The notes under the pieces: generated by a model | Told to the model about the DNA's origin: nothing | Databases searched by the model: none | Seen by the model: the letters and a program-made list of their open reading frames with translations, nothing else | Made by a program: the position numbers and the translations under genes | In this document: positions 10,341 to 20,651 of the stretch, one piece after another | Position numbering within the stretch: the first letter of the stretch is position 1 | Layout: the number at the start of each line of letters is the position of its first letter | DNA from: Candidatus Bathyarchaeota archaeon | Lineage (GTDB): Archaea > Thermoproteota > Bathyarchaeia > Bathyarchaeales > Bathycorpusculaceae | Direction: 5' to 3' | NCBI GenBank assembly: GCA_963772455.1 | Contig: CAVYXJ010000010.1 | Coordinates: 288,001 to 352,000, forward strand | Length of the DNA: 64,000 bases

Positions 10341-12014
10341 ATGTCTCAAGGTAGTGGAAACATTCCAATTCTAGTACTAAAAGAAGGCACCGGCCGATCA
10401 AGTGGTCGAGAAGCACAAAAAAACAACATAATGGCTGCAAAAATAGTGGCTGAAGCAGTTAAATCTACACTCGGTCCATGCGGAATGGATAAAATGCTCG
10501 TGAGTAGCATGGGCGATGTTGCAATAACCAACGACGGCGCAACCATCATGAAAGAGCTTGACGTTCAGCATCCAGCAGCAAAAATGCTCGTTGAAGTTGC
10601 AAAAGCACAAGATAATGAAGTTGGCGACGGAACAACAACCGCAGTCATTCTAGCGGGAGAATTACTTGCAAAAGCTGAAGGCTTGCTTGATAAAAATATA
10701 CATCCCACTGTTATAATTGAAGGATACAAAAAAGCAAGTGAAGAAGCACAGAAAATTCTAGAAAAAATAGCTATTCCCGTTACATTCGAGGATGAAAAAA
10801 CCCTTAGGAATATTGCAATTACATCCATCTCAAGCAAAAGCATAAACGTTGCAGAAGACCATTTTGCAAAAATAATAGTTGAAGCTGTAAAACAAGTTTC
10901 TGAAAAAACAGGAAACAAGTATGTCTCTGATATCGACCTGATAAAAGTCGTTAAGAAACATGGCCAAAGCCTAGATGAAACAGAACTTGTGAAAGGCATG
11001 GTCCTTGACAAAGAAGTCGCTAGTTCAGGTATGCCAAAACTAATTGATGGTGCAAAAATCGCTCTTCTAAATGCTAAATTAGAAATTGAGAAAACAGAGT
11101 TTGACGCTAAAATTAACATTGAAAGTCCAGATCAGATGAAGATGTTCCTTGACGAAGAAGAACGTATGTTAAAAGAAATGGTTACTGCTATTACCAAATC
11201 AGGTGCCAATGTTATTTTCTGTGAAAAAGGCATCGACGACATGGTGCTGCACTTCCTTAGCAAAGCAGGCGTTTTAGCCGTTAAAAGTGTCAGTAGCAGC
11301 GATATGGAAAAACTCTCTCGTGCCACAGGAGCAAGTATAGGTGCAAGTGTAAAAGACTTAACACCTGACGCACTTGGCAAAGCTAAACGCGTTGAAGAAG
11401 TCAAAATCGGCGATGACAAATTAATATACATCCGCGACTGCAAAAACCCAAAAGCAGTGACAATAGTTATTAGAGGTGCATCAAACCACGTAATAGATGA
11501 AGCAGAACGTTCACTGCACGATGGCTTATGCGTAGTACGTAATGCAATTGAAGATGGCAAAATCGTCGCAGGCGGCGGCGCACCCGAAGCAGAATTAGCA
11601 AAGAACCTTCGCGCTTTCGCAGTGAAAGTTGGCGGACGCGAGCAACTTGCAGTTGAAGCATTCGCAGACGCAGTTGAAGAAATCCCGCTTACACTTGCGG
11701 AGAACGCAGGCTTAGACCCCATAGACATCATGGTTGCACTAAGATCACAGCACGAGAAAGCAAACAGCCAAGTTTTCGGCATCGATGTAACTACTGGTAA
11801 AATCGTAAACATGTGCGACAAAATGATTATTGAACCACTCCGAGTCAAGCAGCAAGTTATCAAATCTGCAACCGAAGCAACCAACATGATATTGAAAATC
11901 GACGACTTAATTAGCATCAAAGGCGGCGGAAAGATGCCCCAAATGCCACCAGGAATGGGAGGCATGGGCGGCGGCATGGGTGGAATGGGCGGTATGGGCG
12001 GAATGCCCTACTAA
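10341..12014 (+). CDS. thsA: Thermosome (group II chaperonin) subunit
   Basis: [27 protein letters not shown]-rich tail; alpha/beta assignment tentative. Confidence 0.95.
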   Translation: MSQGSGNIPILVLKEGTGRSSGREAQKNNIMAAKIVAEAVKSTLGPCGMDKMLVSSMGDVAITNDGATIMKELDVQHPAAKMLVEVAKAQDNEVGDGTTTAVILAGELLAKAEGLLDKNIHPTVIIEGYKKASEEAQKILEKIAIPVTFEDEKTLRNIAITSISSKSINVAEDHFAKIIVEAVKQVSEKTGNKYVSDIDLIKVVKKHGQSLDETELVKGMVLDKEVASSGMPKLIDGAKIALLNAKLEIEKTEFDAKINIESPDQMKMFLDEEERMLKEMVTAITKSGANVIFCEKGIDDMVLHFLSKAGVLAVKSVSSSDMEKLSRATGASIGASVKDLTPDALGKAKRVEEVKIGDDKLIYIRDCKNPKAVTIVIRGASNHVIDEAERSLHDGLCVVRNAIEDGKIVAGGGAPEAELAKNLRAFAVKVGGREQLAVEAFADAVEEIPLTLAENAGLDPIDIMVALRSQHEKANSQVFGIDVTTGKIVNMCDKMIIEPLRVKQQVIKSATEATNMILKIDDLISIKGGGKMPQMPPGMGGMGGGMGGMGGMGGMPY

Positions 12015-12271
12015 GCCAAAACTTCTTTTCTTTATTATATTTATTAAGATTAGAAAGTCATTTATTTTTGTTTTATTTTTCGACCTCACAATTTCCCTAA
12101 ATGGGCAGATGATAGAGAAAACAAAGTTTTCCTTCCATTAAATTGTTCCAAGTGAAATTTTAGGGTGAACATTGCTCCTATCTTGGCTTCTCCATTAAGT
12201 TTATGTGACCAAAAGTTGGGTGTCTCCCAAAAATAATTAAGTGCCGAGCAACAATGAAATGAAAGAACACC

Positions 12272-12988
12272 ATGAAACACGTAAAGATTTCCGCCTTCGA
12301 TCTCCCTGATGCATGGTTCAAAGTGCTCAGCAACATATGGAAAGAAGGTGACATTTACCCGGTTGGCTTTGGGTCCGAAGAAACCGAAACCAAAAAACTC
12401 AATTTAACTATCGAAATTAGTCATCCTGAAAATAGACCTCTTGTTAGCGACAAAGCCCCTTGCGATTTTAAGTACGTCCAAGGTTATGCGCTGGAATATT
12501 TATGGTGTGGCGAAAAACAAGAGGATGAAACTTACACTTATGGTAGCAGGCTTAACCATCCCATAAACCAAGTAGAAGAAGCTATCAAGAGGTATGTCGA
12601 AGAGCAAAGAGACCGTCAAGTTACAATGGTTATAAGGCTTCCCACTGATATAAAAAAATTCGATGAAAACCATAAGAAAAGTGAACCGCCATGTTTAAGT
12701 CTCATTGATACTGAAATCCTTGATAACCGTATGCATCTAACTTGTTATTTTCGCAGCTGGGACTCTTTTGGCGGGTTGCCTGCTAACATTGCCGGGCTCC
12801 AACTTTTCAATGAAGCCTTCGTAAACGAAATAAACGAACGCGGTAATCTATCGCTGAAAACTGGTAAACTAATTTTCCATTCAAAGAACTGTCACATTTA
12901 CCAACGCCAATATAACCTTGTGAAGGACCTTTTGGAACCCAAAGATACTCCGAAAAGAATCGCTAAAACATTAAAAGGTGAAAGCTAA
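12272..12988 (+). CDS. thyA: Thymidylate synthase, archaeal type
   Basis: YTYGSRL, PPCL (catalytic Cys), FRSWD..GLPAN, HIY. Confidence 0.88.
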   Translation: MKHVKISAFDLPDAWFKVLSNIWKEGDIYPVGFGSEETETKKLNLTIEISHPENRPLVSDKAPCDFKYVQGYALEYLWCGEKQEDETYTYGSRLNHPINQVEEAIKRYVEEQRDRQVTMVIRLPTDIKKFDENHKKSEPPCLSLIDTEILDNRMHLTCYFRSWDSFGGLPANIAGLQLFNEAFVNEINERGNLSLKTGKLIFHSKNCHIYQRQYNLVKDLLEPKDTPKRIAKTLKGES

Positions 12989-14361
12989 GTTCCCTTGGTT
13001 GTTGGATAACCAAGATTATTCCAAGCCGTCATGCCCCCCAAGACGTTACTGACCTTAACAAACCCTTTTCGTTCAAGTATGCTTGCTCCTATGCTGGAGC
13101 GGTTGCCTACAGAGCAAGTTACCGCAATTTGTTTGCCTTTGGGCAGTGAATCCGTCTTTTGTTGTAAATCGGCAAAAAATATTCTGGTCGCTTTTTCAAC
13201 AAAGCCATCTTCTTCCCATTCAGGTGGATCCCTTACATCTAAAAGCAAAACTTCACCCTTGGTCAATCGGTCCTTGAGTTCCGTCACCGAAATGGTATCG
13301 AAACTTCTAATGGTTTTACCTGCTTCCTGCCACTCATTCATGCCCCCACAAAGATACCCGCACATATTATCAAATCCAAGCCGCCTCAACCTTGGTGTTG
13401 CCAAATCTATGTCGCTTGGTCGTTCATGGATAAAGATGATATATTGGTTGATATCAAGAATCCATCCTGGGTAGACACTGGTTCCTCCAAGCCATAAGCT
13501 AAGCGAATTTGGAATGTGTGAACCTGCAAAAGCGTAGGGCAAGCGAGTGTCAATTATTATCATATTTTGTTTATGCATTTCTTCCTCAAATTCAAGTAGT
13601 GAGAGGGGTCTTGGGTAAGATAGCTCACTTAGAAGCGGAGGACCGTTTAAGTTGAGCTCCTCCATTTTCTTGAAGTAACGAGGAACCACTAATTCTTCAG
13701 CGACCAGTTTTTTGATGAATTCTTCTTTACTTAGCTGAAGGTAGGGGTTGGTTTTCTTTTCAAATCCCAGAGTGGTTGGTTCCATTCCGCTTATACCTTG
13801 TCCGCAAACGCTGCCCGCTCCATGCGCAGGATAAACTAGCACATGGTCGCCCAGAAGCAACAACTTTTCGTGTAGACTGAAATAGAGTTTTTCAGCTTGA
13901 ATCGTTCGTGTACTTTTACCGTATAGGTCTATTCTTCCCACGGAGCCAGCGAAGAGAGTATCGCCGGTGAAAACCATCTGCGGTGTAACGTTTCCAGACT
14001 GATAAACAAAATAGCACATGGATTCATTCGTATGACCTTCAGTGCATATTGCTTTGATTTTCATATTGCCAAAACTTAAGCCATCTCCTTCGGATAGGAA
14101 GTTTTCACCATACTTGAAGTTCAGTTCCTTGCTATGCCCAATTTCTGCGTTAGTCATATTCTGCAATTCGAGTGAGCCAATTGCATAATCTTCGTTTCGA
14201 TGCGTTTCCAAAATATGTTTAATTTTAGTACATTCTTCCTTAGCAATTTGAGCATAGATTTCGCAGTCTCGACGTGGATCAATTACGACTGCTTCTTTCT
14301 CACTGGATAGGTAGTAGCTGTTGTGGGCTAATCCCTCAGACTTTATGATTCTCAAGTTCAT
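12985..14361 (-). CDS. MBL-fold hydrolase with two rhodanese domains
   Basis: ETHRNEDY, GHT, FTGDTLF, PAHG; rhodanese motifs IIDTR/HIPNS and CSVGNRS, GGMTAW. Confidence 0.9.
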   Translation of the reverse strand: MNLRIIKSEGLAHNSYYLSSEKEAVVIDPRRDCEIYAQIAKEECTKIKHILETHRNEDYAIGSLELQNMTNAEIGHSKELNFKYGENFLSEGDGLSFGNMKIKAICTEGHTNESMCYFVYQSGNVTPQMVFTGDTLFAGSVGRIDLYGKSTRTIQAEKLYFSLHEKLLLLGDHVLVYPAHGAGSVCGQGISGMEPTTLGFEKKTNPYLQLSKEEFIKKLVAEELVVPRYFKKMEELNLNGPPLLSELSYPRPLSLLEFEEEMHKQNMIIIDTRLPYAFAGSHIPNSLSLWLGGTSVYPGWILDINQYIIFIHERPSDIDLATPRLRRLGFDNMCGYLCGGMNEWQEAGKTIRSFDTISVTELKDRLTKGEVLLLDVRDPPEWEEDGFVEKATRIFFADLQQKTDSLPKGKQIAVTCSVGNRSSIGASILERKGFVKVSNVLGGMTAWNNLGYPTTKGT

Positions 14362-14535
14362 TTTTGTCACCGATAAAATACATTTCCTCAAGAGAAGGCA
14401 AGTGAATGATTGATCTTTCGTGAAAACTTGCTAATTAATTATTACAGAGTTAATGATTTATTTCTTTCCAAACTAAATATTCCACGATTAAATCTTTATA
14501 GAACAAAAACGCCTAGATTAAACAAGGTAAAGTGT

Positions 14536-15048
14536 ATGGGTCACAATACGGCGACTTGGAAACTGCTCGAAGAAATGCTAATTGAATTAAAGAAAAAAGG
14601 AGTCACCATTCCATCTCCTATTATGGAGGATTTGAGAGCTGCCAAATCAATGATTAAACTTTCTTGTATTAAAGGCGGCGGTGACGCTATCGAGAGAGCT
14701 GAAGAATACACTGCAAACGTTGAAGGTTACTTGATAAATGAAGCTCAAAAAATATTTGGCTCTGAAACTGCTGATCAATGGCTAAGGCGCCTGGAAGAAG
14801 CCAATACTGAAGTCTGTGAAGAGACAATAACAGAAAACAACTTCGTAACGGGAGTTCCCAGAGATCAAAAATGGGTTCGAGTTGAACCTATAGAGACATT
14901 GCCGAAACAAAGGATTTTGCAACTTGCAAACGAACATAAACTTCAAGTAAAAATGCAAAATGATGGGCGCCTAGTAGTTTACGGTCAAAATGAAGATATC
15001 AAAATATTTCTAAAAAAAATAACAGCTGAAGCAGCTGTTAAGAAATAA
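14536..15048 (+). CDS. DUF2096-like conserved archaeal protein
   Basis: W..LEEM..EL.KKG..IP...EDLR.AK.MI and GVPRDQKWVRV patterns. Confidence 0.65.
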   Translation: MGHNTATWKLLEEMLIELKKKGVTIPSPIMEDLRAAKSMIKLSCIKGGGDAIERAEEYTANVEGYLINEAQKIFGSETADQWLRRLEEANTEVCEETITENNFVTGVPRDQKWVRVEPIETLPKQRILQLANEHKLQVKMQNDGRLVVYGQNEDIKIFLKKITAEAAVKK

Positions 15049-15196
15049 AAAATAGAAATAATTTGCAATAGATCTTTTTCTTAATGGGGCTGGTGTAGGA
15101 AAAAGAGATTTTATCTTTTCATAGTCAATATTGTCTATTTGTTAATTTGTTATTAGTTTCGATATGTTTTTTATTATAAATTGACAATGCTCTTCT

Positions 15197-16456
15197 GTGG
15201 CAACTGTTTTGGTGAAACTTAAGGGATTTCAAAAATTAACATTTGTTGATCAGGCACTTCAGACGTGGTTCAGTGCATTGCAGATTGGCAAGCCCAACGT
15301 TGATGAGGTACCGCTTCGCGAAGCATTAGGTCGCGTACTAGCTGAAGATCTTATCGCTCATGAAGCTTTGCCCCGTTTTGATAAATCAGCTATGGATGGC
15401 TACGCAGTTAAATCAGTTGATTTGGTAAGTGCAACACAATCCAAACCCGTAGTTCTGCAAATAATCCAAGCAGGTCAGGTAAATTCTAAAGAAGCTATGC
15501 AGGTTTGGACGGGAAATCCCATTCCTAATGGCGCAGACGCAGTTGTTATGATTGAAGATACCACGAAGTGTGGAGAGCATTTGCAAGCTTGGGGTCAACT
15601 TGCACCCTGGACCAACATTTCTAAGATTGGTGAGGATATTAAACAAGGCGACCTACTTGTTGAAGCTGGCACACGTTTGAATCCATATCATCTAGGATTA
15701 GCTGCTGCACTAGGGCACTCAAATCTCAAAGTTACTCATAAACCAAGAATCGCTATCATTGCAACCGGCAACGAAATAGTTGAAGTAGCAACCGATCGAG
15801 CGAGTAATCAAATTTTTGATTCAAACAAAACCATGATTTCGGCTATGTGTCATGAACTTGGCGCAGAAACAACTGACTTTGGAATCGCAAAAGATAAAAT
15901 TGATGAAATTAGCCAAAAAATAGAAAACGCCATTAAAACTAACGATGCTGTTATCACTACTGGAGGAACCAGTGTTGGCGGCTTAGATTTAGTTCCTGAA
16001 GTAGTAAATAAGTTGGGAAAACCTGGAGTAATAGTGCATGGTGTTGCACTTCGTCCGGCCATGCCAACTGGAGTGGCAATGCTTGAAGGTAAACCTGTTC
16101 TGATTTTGTCAGGCAATCCAGTTGCTGCAGTTATCGGTTTTGAAGTATTCGGCAGACCTTTAATTTCCAAACTGTTAGGGATGGCACATACCGAATTTAG
16201 ACCCACGATCAAAGCTGTTTTGAAACGAAAAATTACAAGTGTTTTGGGGAGAAAAACTTATGCTCGAGTTCGAGTCACTTTGGAAGACGGAGATTTATTT
16301 GCTGAACCGGTTAGCGTCAAAGGGTCAGGATCAATATCTACAATGACTCAAAGTAACGGTTATCTTATTGTTCCAGAAAACCGTGAAGGAATTAGTGAAG
16401 GCGAAACAATATTTGTTCAAATGTTCGGCCTCTTAGAGGTAGTGAATAATGTTTAG
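15197..16456 (+). CDS. moeA: Molybdopterin molybdotransferase
   Basis: GRVLAED, PRFDKSAMDGYAV, TGGTSVG, LSGNP. Confidence 0.95.
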   Translation: MATVLVKLKGFQKLTFVDQALQTWFSALQIGKPNVDEVPLREALGRVLAEDLIAHEALPRFDKSAMDGYAVKSVDLVSATQSKPVVLQIIQAGQVNSKEAMQVWTGNPIPNGADAVVMIEDTTKCGEHLQAWGQLAPWTNISKIGEDIKQGDLLVEAGTRLNPYHLGLAAALGHSNLKVTHKPRIAIIATGNEIVEVATDRASNQIFDSNKTMISAMCHELGAETTDFGIAKDKIDEISQKIENAIKTNDAVITTGGTSVGGLDLVPEVVNKLGKPGVIVHGVALRPAMPTGVAMLEGKPVLILSGNPVAAVIGFEVFGRPLISKLLGMAHTEFRPTIKAVLKRKITSVLGRKTYARVRVTLEDGDLFAEPVSVKGSGSISTMTQSNGYLIVPENREGISEGETIFVQMFGLLEVVNNV

Positions 16457-17699
16457 AAAACTCATGACTCTTAATGAAGCAAAAAAAACTATTAACGACA
16501 ATTTTAAACCTGTTTCTTTAGGTGAAGAAGACGCCGTACTTTTGGAAGCTTTCAATCGCGTTCTCAACCAAGATGTAGTTTCAACTTTGGATATTCCTCC
16601 GTTTAGCCGTTCAACCGTCGACGGATATGCAGTAAAATCCAAAGACACATTTGGAGCCGATGAAAACGAACCTATAAAATTGAAGGTTACTGGCGCGATT
16701 TGTGCCGGTGAACAGCCTAATGTTATGGTTGCAGATGGCGAAGCGGTTGAAATTGTTACCGGAGCTCCCATGCCTGAAGGAGCTGACGCAGCTGTAATGG
16801 TTGAGGATACTGAGCGAGAAGATACTCAATTAAATGTGTTTACCCCGATTACGGCTAACCAGAATGTTATGAAGAAAGGCTCAGACATTAAAAATGGTGA
16901 TGTAGTGCTCAAGAAAGGGCAATTGCTGGGTTCTTCGGAGATTGGTGTTTTAGCAGCTTTGGGTTTAACTAAAGTTAAGGTCGCCAAAATTCCTATAGTA
17001 GCCGTTTTATCCACTGGTGATGAAATCACCGAACTAGGAAAAGAATTGCCAGCAGGAAAAATCTATGATATTAATGCTTACAGCATTAGTACTGCCGTAA
17101 TTGAAAGTGGCGGAAAACCCGTTTATTTCGGCGTAGTTCCAGACGACAAAGCAGCTTTAACAAAAGTTTTGCAGACAGCAATAACTTCTGCGGATATGGT
17201 TATTACTTCGGGCGGTGTCTCTGTTGGTCCACGCGATTATACTCCGCAAATCTTGGATTCACTGGGTAAACCTGGAATAGTAGTTTATGGAATTGCAGTT
17301 AAGCCTGGCAAACCTACAACCATTGGATTTATTGGGGATAAACCGATTTTTTCATTGCCAGGGCATCCAACATCTGCTTTGTTGATTTTCTATTTGCTTG
17401 CGAGGCCATTGATTCAACAGTTGGCAGGAAGACCTGTGGTGGGCATGAAGGTTGTTAGAGGTTTTGCCGGTTCAAGAATGTTTAGTGCTAAAGGCAGACG
17501 CACTTTTGTTATGGTTAAAATAGAGTTTGACCAGAATTGCCGTTTAATTGCAGAACCTGTAGAATCTGGGGCTTCAGGTGCAATTACGACATTATCAAAA
17601 GCTGACGGATTTGTGGAAATTGCCGAGAACGAGCAGTTTATTGATGTTGATGAAGAAATTGAGATTTTTCTCTTCCGGGGCTCTGCGAATAAAGTTTAG
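16449..17699 (+). CDS. moeA: Molybdopterin molybdotransferase, second paralog
   Basis: PPFSRSTVDGYAV, SGGVSVG, KPGKP, LPGHP. Confidence 0.95.
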   Translation: MFRKLMTLNEAKKTINDNFKPVSLGEEDAVLLEAFNRVLNQDVVSTLDIPPFSRSTVDGYAVKSKDTFGADENEPIKLKVTGAICAGEQPNVMVADGEAVEIVTGAPMPEGADAAVMVEDTEREDTQLNVFTPITANQNVMKKGSDIKNGDVVLKKGQLLGSSEIGVLAALGLTKVKVAKIPIVAVLSTGDEITELGKELPAGKIYDINAYSISTAVIESGGKPVYFGVVPDDKAALTKVLQTAITSADMVITSGGVSVGPRDYTPQILDSLGKPGIVVYGIAVKPGKPTTIGFIGDKPIFSLPGHPTSALLIFYLLARPLIQQLAGRPVVGMKVVRGFAGSRMFSAKGRRTFVMVKIEFDQNCRLIAEPVESGASGAITTLSKADGFVEIAENEQFIDVDEEIEIFLFRGSANKV

Positions 17700-18043
17700 T
17701 CTTTTCTCTTCAATAAAAGATACGCTGTGAACATCCAAGTTAAAACGGCAAAAACAAGCATGCTTGCTGCAACTATAATGTTGCTTAACCCAATTGAGAA
17801 CAGAACATCTAATGAAAAGACTGTGTTTACAATGAATAATATTGCAACTAACCAAGGTGCCCAACCTCTCTTTACAAAAAGACTGTAAGCTGTTATCAAA
17901 CTAAAAATTCCAAGAAACCCTAAATGAGGTGGATAACCTGTTAAAGGCAAAAAAGCCAAAAAAATTAGTCCCGTGACTGCATAGAAGGCAATAGATGCAA
18001 GTTGGAAGGGCTTAAAATTTTTTAGTCGTTTTGATAGGGACAC
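17696..18043 (-). CDS. Small 4-TM membrane protein, unknown function
   Basis: Four hydrophobic segments, GYPPHLG loop. Confidence 0.7.
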   Translation of the reverse strand: MSLSKRLKNFKPFQLASIAFYAVTGLIFLAFLPLTGYPPHLGFLGIFSLITAYSLFVKRGWAPWLVAILFIVNTVFSLDVLFSIGLSNIIVAASMLVFAVLTWMFTAYLLLKRKD

Positions 18044-18319
18044 AGTTATTCGCCTTTACCTTATGCAGTATGGTATAATTAATAAATTTAATGTATTAGA
18101 TAGGAAAAATAATTTAGAGTTAGTTTGAAAATCTAATCATAGAATTTGATTATAAAATGAGCCATCAAGCTTTTTTCTAAAAATTGACCCCTATAGTTTT
18201 GGTACTGAAATAGATCTCGATAATTAAGCTCTGATACCTTGAAATTGAATTAGAGCGGTTGTCTCTGATTTTTATATTTTAAAGTCACTACAGTTAATGT
18301 TGTTGGAGGACTTGATTGT

Positions 18320-18898
18320 TTGTCTAAGGCATCAGAAACAGTAATTTTAACAATTGGTCATTCAACCCGCACGCTCGAAGAATTTGTACAGATTCTTGAG
18401 GTTTATGGTGTAACACTAGTTATCGACGTGCGTACAGTTCCTCGAAGTAGACATAACCCCCAGTTTAACAAAGAAACTCTGCCAACCACCCTCAAACATT
18501 ACGGCGTAAGATACATCCATATACCCGAAATCGGCGGTTTACGACATCCAAAACACGAATCAGTTAACACGGCTTGGAAAAACAGCGGCTTCCGAGGATA
18601 CGCAGACTATATGCAGACCCAAGAATTCACGGATAACCTGCTAAAAATAGTGGCTTTGGCTAGGGAAAACCGTTTGGCATTAATGTGTGCAGAAGCGCTG
18701 CCTTGGCGTTGCCACCGCAACCTCATATCGGACGCCTTATTGGTTAGGCACATAAAAGTTGAACACATAATAAGCAAAGACAGCATTATTAACCATGAAC
18801 TCAACTCGTTAGCTCAAGTCCAAGGAACAAAAATAACTTATCCATTGTTCACCAAAGAAACTCCGCAGAGAACTCTGGGAGATTTTGGAACGGCTTGA
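18320..18898 (+). CDS. DUF488 family protein
   Basis: TIGHSTR, DVR..PRSR.NPQFN, GFRGYADYM, MCAE..PWRCHR. Confidence 0.9.
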   Translation: MSKASETVILTIGHSTRTLEEFVQILEVYGVTLVIDVRTVPRSRHNPQFNKETLPTTLKHYGVRYIHIPEIGGLRHPKHESVNTAWKNSGFRGYADYMQTQEFTDNLLKIVALARENRLALMCAEALPWRCHRNLISDALLVRHIKVEHIISKDSIINHELNSLAQVQGTKITYPLFTKETPQRTLGDFGTA

Positions 18899-18909
18899 TT
18901 TTTTGTCGA

Positions 18910-20256
18910 TTATTTCTTCTGTAGTTTTGCGATGAAAAAGCCATTGCATTGGTGAATGTGGGGGTAGAGTCTTTGGCACTGGGTTAAGCCGTTTAGTCCT
19001 GGCAATCCAATTTTAGGTTCGATTTCCAATAAAGAGAAATCAAGGTGTTCTTTTAGGAACCTCTCAATTATATTTTCGTTCTCTTCGACCGTTATGCTGC
19101 ACGTAGAGTAAGCCAAAATTCCCCCTTTAGCTACTTTTTCTGCACAATTGTTTATCATTTTCCACTGAATCTCTGACATGTTTTGAATTGACATTGGGCT
19201 CAAACGCCATTTAGATGAGGGTTGTTTGGCAAATACTCCTGTGCTGGTACAGGGTGGATCCAAAATAATAAGGTCTGCCTCGCCAAGCAATGGTACCGAA
19301 ACAGTGGCATCTGCTACAATGGGTTCAGCAATAATAGTTTTCATCCGAGTGGTTTCTTTTTTCCACGTTTTCATACGTTTAGATGAGAAATCGATAGAGT
19401 AAATGTTGCCTTGATTTTGCATGAGTTGCGCTAAAAATGTTGTTTTTGCACCTGGTGCCCCACAAACATCAAACACCTTATTACCTGATTTGGGGTTTGC
19501 AACTTGGGTGGCAAAGCAACTTGCCTTGTCTTGCACATAGAATAAACCCTCTGCATAACTTGGCAAAGCGTTTAAGGGTTTTTTAGAAGAAATAACCTTG
19601 TAAGTGTAATTTAACTGAGGGATTTTCTCTAAAACGACTCCTTCTTGATTGAGCTTTTTTACAGTTTCTTCTTCAGATTCCTTTAAGGTATTTATGCGGA
19701 CGTATCCAGGAGGCGGAATCATGCTGCCATTTAATAACGCGATAGCTTCGTCGTGTCCAAATAACTTGAGGCAATATTCAACGAACCATAAAGGATGAAA
19801 AGTTTGAAGACTGATTTTTTCTGCTTCGTCAACACCTGCCATAATGGATGAAAATTTTTTCGTAAGCAAAAAGCCCAAAAATGGTTCGATTTCACGCATC
19901 TCTTCCCAGCCAAGAATGGCTCTACCCATGCCAGCGATATTTTCAGCTTCTTTTTGATTAATTTTATCAAAATTTTTGACTAAGCGTGTTTGATAAACAT
20001 ACAAACGCAGGAAAGCTTGGATTCCCATATCATATTCGTTGACGCTTTTAGGTGCAACTACTTCATTTATGAATTTGTCGATTAAATTTTTTCGACGTTC
20101 TGTCTCAACGACTAAACCATAAGCGAAACGAATGGCGCTAGGGTCTTTGATGGATAGTTGTTTTACTGTCTTCATCAATGCTGAACGCTCGTTAAGTCGG
20201 CGCATTTCTATCCAGCTAAGGGTTTCTATGGCAACAGTCCAAGCGTCACGTAACAA
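18910..20256 (-). CDS. RsmB/NOP2 family RNA cytosine-C5 methyltransferase
   Basis: QDKAS, DVCGAPGAKT, LDPPCTSTG, YSTCS, GFFIAKL; probable TTG start at 20256. Confidence 0.92.
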   Translation of the reverse strand: MLRDAWTVAIETLSWIEMRRLNERSALMKTVKQLSIKDPSAIRFAYGLVVETERRKNLIDKFINEVVAPKSVNEYDMGIQAFLRLYVYQTRLVKNFDKINQKEAENIAGMGRAILGWEEMREIEPFLGFLLTKKFSSIMAGVDEAEKISLQTFHPLWFVEYCLKLFGHDEAIALLNGSMIPPPGYVRINTLKESEEETVKKLNQEGVVLEKIPQLNYTYKVISSKKPLNALPSYAEGLFYVQDKASCFATQVANPKSGNKVFDVCGAPGAKTTFLAQLMQNQGNIYSIDFSSKRMKTWKKETTRMKTIIAEPIVADATVSVPLLGEADLIILDPPCTSTGVFAKQPSSKWRLSPMSIQNMSEIQWKMINNCAEKVAKGGILAYSTCSITVEENENIIERFLKEHLDFSLLEIEPKIGLPGLNGLTQCQRLYPHIHQCNGFFIAKLQKK

Positions 20257-20651
20257 AATCAGTTCACACAAAGCTACCAAATGCAACCGTACTAAATAAG
20301 AATTCAAAATCTGTGGCTATATTTGTTTGGAAAAAGGAACGTATCATATTAAAAATGGCGGCGAATGGTAACTAATTTAGGGCGTAAGCTATGCCAAGAA
20401 GGGGTTGTAGAGATAGGTTGAACGCTATCAGCTTATCAACTTTTCGCTTAAACTACAACAGAAATGGAAAAGTTGAGTTAAAATCATCAAGGCAAAAGTA
20501 TACCAAACACAGGAGGGAAAAAAATTGGATGATCGCTTTTTATGCGTTTGATAGCATCTTTTTGCTGAACAACCAATAGGAGATTCCACGTTTTTTTAGT
20601 CACTAAGCATTTTAGGTGCCATGTGCCATATTTGGGCAAGGTTAACTGGGG

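Noticed and set aside
10346-11977. Long antisense ORFs over thsA (similarly over thsB, aglB and moeA)
   Set aside because: Shadow frames of codon-biased genes, no recognisable motifs
11950-12010. GGC/GGA-ATG tandem repeats
   Set aside because: They encode the ordinary GGM tail of the chaperonin
12272-12988. ThyA-like gene as a DNA base-modification enzyme
   Set aside because: Canonical ThyA motifs including the Asn for dUMP specificity; no modification or defence genes nearby
20524-20577. C/D-box-like sRNA (ATGATCG...CTGA with ATTGG/CCAAT stem)
   Set aside because: Degenerate C box, no clear C'/D' boxes, no identifiable target
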